A DNA stretch of 48,117 bases, the filler included, from Jimgerdemannia flammicorona (taxonomy: Eukaryota), in NCBI GenBank assembly GCA_003990765.1. It is 2 parts of 2 records of this genome, joined end to end, with 100 filler letters (N's around TTAATTAATTAA, not from the genome) between each part and the next. Parts side by side here need not be neighbours in the genome. Positions count along the whole stretch, not along the records: positions 24,110 to 48,117 come from RBNJ01001035.1; 1 more part is not named here. One strand, 5' to 3'. The notes under the pieces are model-generated. The model was not told the DNA's origin. It made no database searches and saw only the letters and a list, made by a program, of their open reading frames with translations. Numbering within the stretch: the stretch's first letter is position 1; every line of letters begins with the position of its first letter. Below, piece after piece: positions 25,479-36,132 of this stretch. The translations under genes were made by a program, and so were the position numbers.

Positions 25479-26133
25479 TGGTGGGTGGGCTGGTCGGCCC
25501 GCGATTTTGTGAAAAAATTGGGGTCATGGAGGAGTTCATGTGTTTCAGATGTGATATATAGATTTGTAGAAATATGCTACATGGACGTTTTAGGAACGGT
25601 GGTGCTCAAGCTATATACATCGCGCGCTTGGTTTCAGGTTTCCGAGTTCTGTATTATACTAGTCATCATTTGATATTTCTTGAACGCACTAGCTCGTTAT
25701 AATCTCACTATTGTGCCTATATTTGCTGCGTGTCCTGACTATTTGGTTACTAGTACTGCGAAACAACTTCGTTCTTATTACCGTAAACAAACATGCACAT
25801 CAAGCAAATAAACAAAACCTTGGTCATTTTTTCTCCGGTGAAAAGCATCCAATTCATACGCTTTGGTACTTGAAGGGACAATACTAAAGGAGTTCGTTTT
25901 GTAATGTTCAAAACTTATGACCTCGAACGATGCTAACATGGTATTTGCCAGAAGTTGCCACCACATGCTCATTAAAGGTTGTCCTCTTGCTAACGTCAGC
26001 AATTCAAGGTCCGCTTGTGACGTCAGCAATAGTGATTAGTGATGGCATTCAACAGCAACCAAAGAAGAAACGCCGATTTATCTCTCCATCCATGTAGAAC
26101 CCTCCTAGTTTCCAACTCCACCGCGAACCTGCA

Positions 26134-26661
26134 ATGGACCTCACGAAGAAGCCTCGTAACGATCCTGAAACCACCTCCACCCACAGTCAATACTACAGCG
26201 ACCAGCAGCGCGCCGTGCTCATCTCCGTCGGGATGAGGGTGAGGAAGGGTGAGTGGTCTTGTCAGTTGGTGTGCGAGGCGTTACGATGTGGAAAAAGCTG
26301 TTTCGCGTACAATACTAGGGACCTTCAACGAATTGAGGCATACTCGCCCTCCAAACCGCGGCACTTGCCACAACGATATATCTGCGTATCCTGACACATT
26401 TTTCCCTGCCTCCTTTCTATGTTCCCATTCCTCCGCACAGCCATGTCCGAAGGCTACAAAACCACCTCAAAATCACAATCTCAACAACCCGTCGTCGTTG
26501 TCACCACCGCCGCCGCTGCCGCCACCCCCCTGATGAAGCAGCAGAAGGCTGCCGCTGCCACCGCCGTTGGAGTCGGGGGAGGGCAGACGCTGCTGACGCA
26601 ATGGTACGAGCCGGTATCGAGGAAGAGAGCGAGAGAGGAGGAGGATGGAAGTATGGCGTAG
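26134..26661 (+). CDS. Spd1/Dif1-family ribonucleotide reductase inhibitor (exons 26134-26248, 26441-26661)
   Basis: Splicing GTGAGT...CACAG joins QRAVLISVGMRVRK|AMSEGYKT, the Spd1/Dif1 signature (VGMRVRKxxxxGYK). The start codon is tentative. Confidence 0.85.
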
Positions 26662-26835
26662 GTTTGGTTAGGAGAGATGTGAGGGAGAGGACGAGGATGG
26701 AAATATGGCGTAGGTGTGGGTGGGGAAGATGCGAGGAAGAGGAGGAGGATAGAAGCATGTGTAGGTGTGGTTAGGGGAGATGCGAGGAAGAAAAGGGTGG
26801 TTTAGATGGTGGTTTAGATGGTGGTTTAGATGGTG
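26625..26835 (+). repeat. ~50-bp imperfect tandem repeats spanning the stop codon, then (GTGGTTTAGATG)x3
   Basis: GAGGATGGAAGTATGGCGTAGG, GAGGATGGAAATATGGCGTAGG and GAGGATAGAAGCATGTGTAGG recur at ~50-nt spacing. Confidence 0.7.
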
Positions 26836-28109
26836 ATGCGCGCGGGGTGGCACAGCGAGTAGGGATGATGGTGGATCCTGAGTTCCACCACCTCCACCAC
26901 CTCACACAGTTTATATAGATCTCTTGCTAGTTACTTCAGACATATATTTCTTCTCTTTTATCTCTTCGTTTCTATATTTCTTGCAATTTATTCCACTGGC
27001 ACGTGGTTGAGACATTTGCGATTGACTTCCTTGTTAGTCCTGCATGCCTTGCAGTTCTGTTTCTCTTATTCTGGCCTTTACGAGCCTCGCATCACTTGTA
27101 CAGATTGCCGCGCCTTGCTCTTGTTCTGTGTTTTGTTTTGTATATCGTCGCTAGTGCATTTGCGGTATTAGAATCTCGCTGAAACGATATCCGAAGAGAG
27201 TGAATATTCCTTGAATGTGTATGCAAACACATACCAGTGTTGATTCAAAACAAGATATAACACGATCGATGCTGAGTGGACAAGTATCTGGAACTATTGT
27301 ATTGTCACAGAATACTGAGTTATCCTATTTCTCGCTAATACGTACATGAAGTGTAGTGGAGATTGAGTGCGAAGACAGATACGGAAATCTATCGTTTCGA
27401 TACATCTGGACGTCGCAATGGGCATGAGCGCAGAAAATCCATCTCTTTTTTTTTTTTTTTTTTTTTTTTGTCTGACCTTGAATTCAATCAAGCATCACAG
27501 TCGGAAAACAGGCACCGTTCATTCCTCCTACTCACACACACTATACCTCATTGCTCTACATAGCTTGGCCTATGATGAGTTTAGACAGCTCGGCGCATGA
27601 CAGCGCATGCCGACACCGCCACCTTGCAGACAGAGCCTGCCCCGTTTCAATTCTCAACACAGCATCTTAAAATGTATGGACGCGAGCTGCCCTGTCCCAA
27701 TGTGCCTCCCGCCAACATCCATTCCCGTGCGCTAAGCACCATCACCCTGAAACAGTGTTAAGAATTGCTTGCTGACCGCTAATTTCAGTCGTCGACATGG
27801 TGTTTATGGGCTCCAGTTGTTCAGAGTGAAAAGAGAATGTATGCATGTAAATAGATATTGTCGGCCCCAATTCTTGGTTCCATCATGGTCACTTTTCTTT
27901 TTCCGAGTTGGGGGAGCTGGAATCTTGATGGCCTCATTCGCTCAAACTTACTATTTGACTTCCCTCCATCCATCACTTGCTCAAACATGTACAAAATTAC
28001 TCTGTACTACATTTGTTGGACTTGAAACGTTAAATCACTACATCAAGGTCCGGTGCTCCGAACGAGATATCCCAACCAACACATCGTCATCTAGTCTATC
28101 GTCACTAAA

Positions 28110-28206
28110 TAGTGTCCCGTCCCATCGCCTCGTCAGAACCGGGACATTTCAAACCGGGACGTCCTGTTGGGACCAGGACGGAACTGGGACATGTCCCGTA
28201 ACGTTG
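28110..28206 (-). mobile_element. Probable DNA-transposon (hAT-like) terminus that truncates the last LRR exon
   Basis: The LRR consensus switches abruptly to CAACGTTACGGGACATGTCCC..., followed by a cluster of GGGAC/GTCCC motifs. Confidence 0.45.
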
Positions 28207-31200
28207 TCAAGGTCGTGTTCTGCTTCAGAACCTCGGCTAGGGTGCGTGCCCCCTCGTCGCTGATGTCGTTCCCTGAACGGATGGGTGAGTGAACGCGCAC
28301 AGATCGTGAGCTTGAATCCATCGCGCAGCTGCACACAATGCTTCATGCAGTTCCGACATACCGTAGAGATTCAGCGTGGTCAAGTTCATGTTCTGCTTCA
28401 GAGACTCACCTAGGGCGCGTGCCCCCTCGTCGCCGATGCTGTTCCCTGAGCATAAAAGGGGATGGGTGAACGAAGACGAGCTTGATTCCATCGGGGGGGG
28501 GGGGGGGGCTATACACAATTCTTTACACAGTTCCGACATACCATAGAGATTAAGCGTGGTCAAGGTCGCGTTCTGCTTCAAAGATTCGGCTAGGGCGCAT
28601 CCCCCCTCGTCGCCGATCCTGTTGTCTGAACATGAACAGGGGAAACAGAGGATGGGTGAGCGAATAGGCACAGATCGTGAGCTTGATTTCATCGCGCAGC
28701 TGCACACAATGCTTCACACAGTTCCAACATACTGTAGAGATCCAGCGTGGTCAAGGTCGTGTTCTGCTTCAGAGACTGGGCTAGGGCGCGTGCCCCCTTG
28801 TCGCGGATATTGTTCACTGAACATAACAGGGAATGGATGAGTGAACACGCACAGATCGTGAGATTAATTCCATCGCACAGCTGCACACAATGCTTCACAC
28901 AGTTCCGACATACATCCAAGGTTCGACGTGGTCAAGGTCGTATTATGCTTCAGACACTCGGCTAGGGCGCATGCACCCTCGTCGCCGATGCTGTTTTCTG
29001 AACATGAACAAGGATGGATGCGCAACACGCAGAGATCGTGAGCTTGATTCCATCTCGCAGCTGTACACAATACTTCAGACATACCGTAGAGATTCAGCGT
29101 GGTCAAGGTCGTGTTCTGCTTCAGAGAATCGGCTATGGCGCGTGCTCCCTCGTCGCCGATGCTGTTCCCTGACCATAGACAGGGGATGGATGAGCGAACA
29201 CGCACAGATCGCGAGTTTGATTCCATCGCGCAGCTGCAAATAATGCTTCACACAATTCCGACATACTTTCGAGATTTAGTGTGGTCAAGGTCGTGTTACA
29301 CTTCAGAGATTCGGTTAGGGCGCGTGCTCCCTCGTGGCTGATGCTGTTGTCTGAATATGAACAGAGGATGGATGAACGAACACGAACAAATCGTGAGCTT
29401 GATTCTATCGCGTAGCTGCACACAATTCTTCACAGTTCCGACATACTTTCAAGATTCAGCATAGTCAAGGTCGTATTCTGCGTCAGAAACTTGGCTAGGG
29501 CGTTTGCCCCCTCGTCGCCAATGCTGTTCACTTAACATGAACAGGAGATGGATGAACAAATAGGCACAGATCGTGAGCTTGATTCCATCGCGCAGCAGCA
29601 CACAATGCTTCACACAGTTCTGACATACATTCGACATTCAGCACGGTCAAGGTAGTGTTCTGCTTCAGAGACTCGGCTAGGGCATGTGCACCCTCGTCGC
29701 CGATCCAGTTCCCTGAACATGAACAGGATATGGATGAGCAAAACACGCACAGATCGTGAGCTTGATTCCATCTCGCAGTTGCACACAATGCTTCACACAG
29801 TTCCGACATACCATAGAGATTCAGCGTCGCCAATGTCGTGTTCTGCTTCAGAGACTCGGCTAGGGCGCGTGCCCCCTCGTGACCGATCATATTGTCTGAA
29901 TATGAACAGGAGATGGATGAGCGAACACGCACGCAGCTGCACAGAATGATTTACACAGTTCCGACATACTTTCGAGATTCAGCGTGATCAAGGTCGTGCA
30001 CAGCCTCAGAGCGGCCGCGAGCAATTTCACGACCTCGAAGTGCCCACAATCCGTGGCATAACGCAGCGGCATCAACCCCTTGTTGTTCTTGGCGTTGGCG
30101 TCCGCCCCCAACTCAGCCACGAGCATCCTCACGACTTTGATGTATCCTCCCTTTGCAGCTATGTGCAGCGGCGTCCATCCGTCGATGTTCTTGGCGTTGG
30201 TGTTCGCCCCGAACTCGGCCACGAGCAGCCTCACGACTTTGACGTACCCCCTCTTCGCAGCCATGTGCAGCGGCGTCCACCCGTCGATTTTCTTGGCGTT
30301 GACGTCCACCCCGAACACGGCTGTGAGTATGAATATGAACTCGACATACCCGTTTTCTGTGGCGTGGTGCATTGGCGTGTTACCATTCTTGTCCTCTACA
30401 TTGGTGTTTGCATTGAATTCGAATACGAGTAATTCGAACACGTTGATGTGACCTTTCTCGGCAGCTAGGTGCAAAGGGGTCCGACCATGCCTGTCCTTCA
30501 ATTCGACGTTGGTGTTGGGTTGATTAAGCAGTGATCGGATCAATTTCACATGACCACCCTCAGCTGCGCGATGTAACAGCGGAAGAGAAAGATCAAACTT
30601 AATTGACAACTTCTTGTTTTTTCTATAACGAGACCAATGATAATATTTATCGTCGTTCTTCTCTACGCCATCGCCCCGCAAATAACAATTTGCAACCTTT
30701 TTTTGTGCTCCTCTGTCGCCAGCCTCTGCAGCTTTCAAGTGCCATTCAAACGCCTTCCTCTTGTCTACGTCAACGCCCCCTACTCCTTCTTCGTAACAAT
30801 CAGCAAGGGTCAGCTGAGCTTCTAAATGTCCATTTACCGCAGCTTTAGTGCACCACTCAATCTGCTTCATTAGATCATTTGCAACGCCGAAACCTACTCC
30901 ATAACATAAGGCGGTATAGAATTGTATCTCCGAATCATACCACATGTCGGAATTTTCGGCATAGCCAAATTGGTGGTTGAGGAAGTCAAGTAATCGAGGA
31001 TGTAGGGTGTAAAACCTTGTGTCTTTCTCCATAAACCTGGGACGCCAGTCACCGAACCTTGAATCGTACTTGAGTTCATTTAGCCAGCTTTGCTGCCAAA
31101 GTTTATGTAAATTGTTCTCTGTAGACGATGCCAATGTAGTGCTATTATCCAAAGCTTTCTTCGCGAGCGTTGCTGAGAAGGGAACCTCAAACAGCTTTAA

Positions 31201-32157
31201 CTGGCCAAGCAATGATTTAAGACCATCATCTAGGTAATCAAAGCTATACTTGATGCAGGTGTCAACCGAATCGTAACGATCTCCAAAATTATCTGTTGCA
31301 CTCCGTAGCCGGTCGCTGAAGTTGCTGATGAATTGGTCAACAGGCTCCATGCAGTTGTTGAAGCTACCTCCAAGAAGACGGATCGATAATGGATGACCGC
31401 CTGCGAGGCGACTAATATTCATTGCATTGTCATTGTTAATGTCATTTAAACGTTGAGAAGCCCATTGTCGAAAAACCTGCATGCCGTCATGTGGTTCTAA
31501 GCCATTCAACTCGACAAATTCTTCATTTGGCCAGCCAAGTGCAATTCTTGATGTTGCGAGAATTTGGATGTTCTTCGATATACGATTGAAAAATCTGAAT
31601 AAAGATATCGCATCCTTTTTGGTCGCTGGGTCTCCTTGTTCGGTTGCGTGTTTGAGATCTTCCATATTGTCAAGATAAACCAGCATATCTCCTCCGCTTT
31701 CTAACTTGGCCATCACTGCATTTTGTCGAATTTTAGGATCTCGAGATGTTTCGATGTCGATGTTGAGAAATCCGGCGATGATTGAGATTACTGAATCAGA
31801 GCTTGGACTTCCAACAAGGGATATCACCAAAACTCTGCCAGAGTTGAAGTTCTTGACCGCTTGAATTGCCAATGCCGTTTTGCCTATTCCGCCGAAACCG
31901 CGAATGGTAATATAGCGAACTTTCTTGTCACTCAGGAGTTTTTCCAATTTTCGGAGCTCTTGCTGACGCCCAAAAAATTCTCCATATGTGTTGACGTTGC
32001 CGAAATCTACCTCCATTGCTGGTTGGTTATCATTACCGACTTTGGTTTGATGAATGGAAAGTATCTTTGTCAGTGAGCGATTTCTATTAGTTCCTCCTGC
32101 TCACATTATTATACCAAAATTTTCGCTCACCTTGCAAAGTATTTGAGAGCCTTTCAT
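28133..32157 (-). CDS. NLR-like protein: STAND (NB-ARC-like) NTPase - Sel1 repeats - ankyrin repeats - RI-like LRRs. Exons 32131-32157, 29970-32064, nine 84-nt exons, 28133-28272
   Basis: Walker A GFGGIGKT, Walker B LVYLDNMED and GHPL; Sel1 AQLTLADCYEEG...AFEWHLKAAEAGDRGAQ; ~6 ANK repeats (GxTPLHxAA); LRR NxIGDEGARALAESLKQNTTLTTLNL. All junctions are GT-AG and keep the frame. May be the 3' part of one gene starting at 35244. Confidence 0.85.
28200..29969 (-). repeat. Tandem array of ~170-190-bp exon+intron units, each with one 84-nt LRR exon
   Basis: Exons 29812-29895, 29629-29712, 29447-29530, 29267-29350, 29085-29168, 28914-28997, 28733-28816, 28542-28625, 28362-28445 and a partial exon from 28272. 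Introns all begin GTATGT and are mutually homologous. Confidence 0.93.
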
Positions 32158-32175
32158 TTTCGTGGATAATGTCTA

Positions 32176-35100
32176 TTAGATTGTGTATTCAAATAAGCAG
32201 TTTGATGATGGTATTGTGAGTCTGTATTTCCAATAATCGTGCTCGGGGAATAGAAGAGACTTCAACTCACTGGGAGGAGGTTCTGTCCCAATTATAAAGT
32301 GTGTCTTCTCCAGACCAAATCGCAAAGTCTCCATGGCTTTCTTCATCAAACCTACATTCTTCTCGGTATTTGTGGTAAAACGATCAGCGGGCTCGGTGTT
32401 GGTATGATGCAAACACAGAATGAATGGCGATTTCTTTTCTGTCGCGATCGGTATGACGTGATCCATGCAGAACTTAGGAAAGCTAGCGTGGAGAATTTCG
32501 GATGCTTTGCGTCTAAACACAACCAATCCACCAAATAAAACTTGCTGCTGCACACTGTCCCTTTCAAGTTTGTGACCGCCGGTGCCAGGAATGTCGACAA
32601 TGTCGTAGTATTGTACGCCATAAGTCTTGTTCTTCACTTCGCTATGGGCGTGGTCTTGGATGCTTCGAAGTTGCCATTCGAGCACCATGGAAATTCCTGG
32701 GGTGAAAATCGGTAGTTGAAAAAAAGTGTACAGAAGAGAATCAGAATGACCGCATTTCAATTGCTTACTCACCATGCTTAGATGACTTGGCAACGCCAAT
32801 TACAAACATATCATCATATTCGCCGAGTATCGGCAAACAAAGTCGCAGTTTCATCACAGAATTACACTGTCTCGCGCCTTCCTTAATAGCGACGTGAATT
32901 CTGTATTCATCATCTCTTTTCAACAATAACTTGCTATCACATAGTTGCTGCAGGTTCTCATTACTATAATCGACCCTTTCCGATGACGAACAAGTGTAGT
33001 TGATAAAATAACATAAGAACGCGAGCACCCCTTCTGTGATTGGTCCTGTGAAGAGAGAACACATATAGAGTAGCAGGCGTTTCTTTGTTGAAAGCGCGTT
33101 GATGGTTGGTCGGAAACGGGTTTCGAGGTTTCTATTACCATATGAGCCATCTGTGAGCATTGAGCTGAAATGTTCACGAACGAGTTCCTTAAGTGATACA
33201 CGCTGATGCTGTGGTTTGTTGGTGGCATGGCCAAGGAATTCCAAACACAGTGGATGTCCGTCTACGAGCCTGACGAGGTCATCCATCAACTGCATGGAAC
33301 CTGCCTCCTTCTCCATCCTCCGCCTCACTTGAGTGTCAAGATTTCGAATGAACAACTCGACACCACTGTCAATGTCCAAGTCGGTAAAACCGTCGAGAGG
33401 CATTACGCCTTCCTCTGCTGTCCACCTTAGACGCTGGCTCGATGTCGCAAGGATTCTTACTGGGATCTCTGATATCAACATTATCTTCTGAAGCCAGTTT
33501 ACCAATGCTCCAGCATCCTCATCGTCCACGACTTGTGCGCGCTTCAAGACATCGGCTTGATCGAGGATCAGCAAACAGGTCGGATTGGACGCGAACTTCT
33601 TCGTGATGGCCTGTTCCAACGTCTGAAAGCCATTGCTGAAATCTTCCGGGAACATGACCTGATTCAGGCGCTGAAGGTATTCGATGAACGATATCTCGTG
33701 CGAAGGATCGAATCGCCAAGCGAATATTCCACCGGGGAAGAGATGCGCCATCCGCCTGACCGCATTCTCAGCCAACGCCGTCTTGCCCTGACCGACAATA
33801 CCTTCAATGGTGTACATGGGACAGGTCTGTGTCCCTCTCTTCGCCATACGCCTCAAAACATCTGTTGTCTCGATAAGCTTCTCCTTGCGTCCGCAAAAAA
33901 ATCGTGTGAAGGAGATCTCTTCGAGATTGTGGCGAGGCATGGAGCGTTTGATCTTGGGCTTGCCCTCTTCGCACTTGAACGCGCCATCCTCTTCCCGAAA
34001 CGTGGATGAATAGAGCACTATGGCACCGGGGAAGTAGTTGCGTTGTCGGGTGTCTTTTGGGTCTTTCATGGAGGCGCGCGCTTCCAACATCGCCTTTTCG
34101 ACCATGCATCCGCTAGCAAGGCACTGGTAAAATTTGTCCTCAAACTTGCGGGCGAGGTCGTCCGGCAGAGGACAGTGTGAACCGATAGTGTATGGAATGC
34201 CATTTTCGGCCAGGTCTCGAGCGACATGCCGGGTATCGCAGGCAGACAGAAATGCCAGCCCGCAGATTCATAGTCGTGTCAAGGCGCAACGCGTCCGCGA
34301 AGTCGAGCCCGCCTGTGTCTTGATCTTCAAAGATGAGTGCCCTCGCACCACCGTTCTGCGAGCCGCAGTGTCCCATGAAATGAAGCACCGTGGCCATATA
34401 AGGCTTGCTTCTAAGCAACTCGTACATTTGGTCGACGGTCGGCGGGAACGCGCGCTGTAGTAATACCTTTCGATTGTTTTTCTCATACTCATCACATAAT
34501 GTCTGAAACTGATCCCTCAGATGCAGATCTGGGAATTACTTTGCGTTGGGATCGTTCGGCGGGACGATGGGGTCCGGTACGACCGTGACGATGCGTAGCG
34601 GAAGTAGCGGAAGTTTCGAAGGCTGAGGCTCCTTAGATTTGAGGAGGGGCATCGAAAATAGCAAAAGGAGCGAAAATAGCGAAAGTAGCCAAAAATTCGA
34701 AGGCTGAGGCTCCTTCGATTTAAGGAGGGGCGAAAATAGCGAAAATAGCGAAAATAGCGAAAATAGTAGCGAAAATAGCGAAAATAGCGAAAATAGCGAA
34801 AGTGGCCAAAAATTAGATGGCTGAGGCCCCCTCGGTTTGTGCAGGCGTACGAATATGCATTGGCTGGTCAAATATGCATTGTTGCCCCAAGCGTACTCCC
34901 AGGGGATGTATGTCGAGGTCGTAGTCACCATTGAGATCTAGTAGGATCCGACGCTTTGAAAGAGGCCGTAACATATCCTGCAGCAGACGCCAGGCGGGGC
35001 TGGATTCCTTTTTCGAAAAGAGGGCCCTGAACAATTTCTTGCCATATTTTCTGAGATCTGCAGAGTTGGGGTTTGAGTCGAAGACATCGACTGCGATAGA

Positions 35101-35244
35101 TCGGCCCTCTTGGATTTCTTGAAGGTTGAAGGAATGGCTTTCAACGAGCTTAGCCAGGTAAACATCGGCGGCGGAAACCTTTACATGGACTCTGGTTTCT
35201 TTGGGGTTGTCACTGTTGGTATATTTTGACAAGGATATCAGCAT
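32176..35244 (-). pseudogene. CHAT (caspase-like) protease - STAND NTPase - Ras/Roc-like degenerate domain; disrupted (exons 32773-35244, 32176-32696)
   Basis: CHAT motifs IPWEY, VLHFMGHCG and LAFLSAC...GIPYTIG...DDLARKFEDKFY. STAND motifs GIVGQGKT, LLILDQAD, GHPL. Lesions: +1 frameshift near 34910, TAA at 34536-34538, +1 frameshift near 34260. Confidence 0.85.
34604..34830 (-). repeat. In-frame tandem duplication and 9-bp (TCGCTATTT)n expansion inside the CHAT domain
   Basis: Three PQPS(N/K) units separated by (SLF)n runs; CGAAAATAG is repeated ~7 times on the plus strand. Confidence 0.85.
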
Positions 35245-35663
35245 GTTTGTGTGTGTTCTCCAGTTTGACGCAATCGGTGGCTTGTTTCCAAGGAAACCTT
35301 AATTATAAATAAAGCCTTTATGTATATACCTCTTGTTGAATATCTCCTTTTATGGGATAAGAGAATTGACTGCCTGCCAGGCACTCTCGTTGCTAGTATA
35401 TACGTAGGCCATACTGTTGGTCGAACACTTTGTAAAACATCTTCTTGATTAATCGGACGAAAGCCTCGTTCACAGGTCATGCTTGTCTAACGAGCCTGTG
35501 TTCGGCACAGCTCGGCTTCACTCACTCGGTTTCCCCTTTACAAGAAAAAAACATATGGATTCGCAATTAAATAAGGACTTAGTTATTAGTGTTATAATAT
35601 TCCTAAGTCACTTTTAATCGCCTCGACCTCACTTCTATCACATCGTGCAATGACCAGAGAATT

Positions 35664-35739
35664 AGCCATTCCGCGCCGTTCAGCCATTCCACGCCGTTCG
35701 GCCATTCCGCGCCGTTCAGTCATTCCGCGCCGTTCAGCC
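35664..35739 (+). repeat. 18-bp tandem repeat x4 (AGCCATTCCGCGCCGTTC)
   Basis: Directly visible, about 400 bp upstream of the CHAT gene start. Confidence 0.9.
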
Positions 35740-36132
35740 CGTCCCTTTCACATATTCGAAACCCCTCCAACCCATACAAACACACGTACAGCCGAATCCA
35801 TTTTATTGCTCCCTCGCACAACCGACAAGAAAAAACTACACAGATATATTGCATGTCTATTATATAAAGTGCAAGATCAAAACAAAATCAAATGACTAGA
35901 AGCCAAAATCGCGTTCGTGTATCTGATGGGTTGCGGAACGCCGCATGTGTGTATTCGCCAGTTGAATCGCGGGAAGTTTTCGGCGAACCTGTTGAAAAAT
36001 TGGTGTGGGAAATGTGAAGTGGGAAGAGGGAGAGACGAGACGGGACCTGGAATGTACGTACCATATCTGGCTTCCCGTAGCCTGACACATGCCGTCACCT
36101 TCATCTCGTTTTAATGCCTATAAAATAAGAAA

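Noticed and set aside
28200..29969. CRISPR-like or satellite reading of the ~180-bp periodic array
   Set aside because: The units are coding LRR exons with GT-AG introns, and the intervening sequences are homologous rather than unique spacers.
32173..32178. Programmed stop-codon readthrough joining the NLR halves
   Set aside because: Two consecutive stops make readthrough unlikely; mutation or a true gene boundary is more parsimonious.
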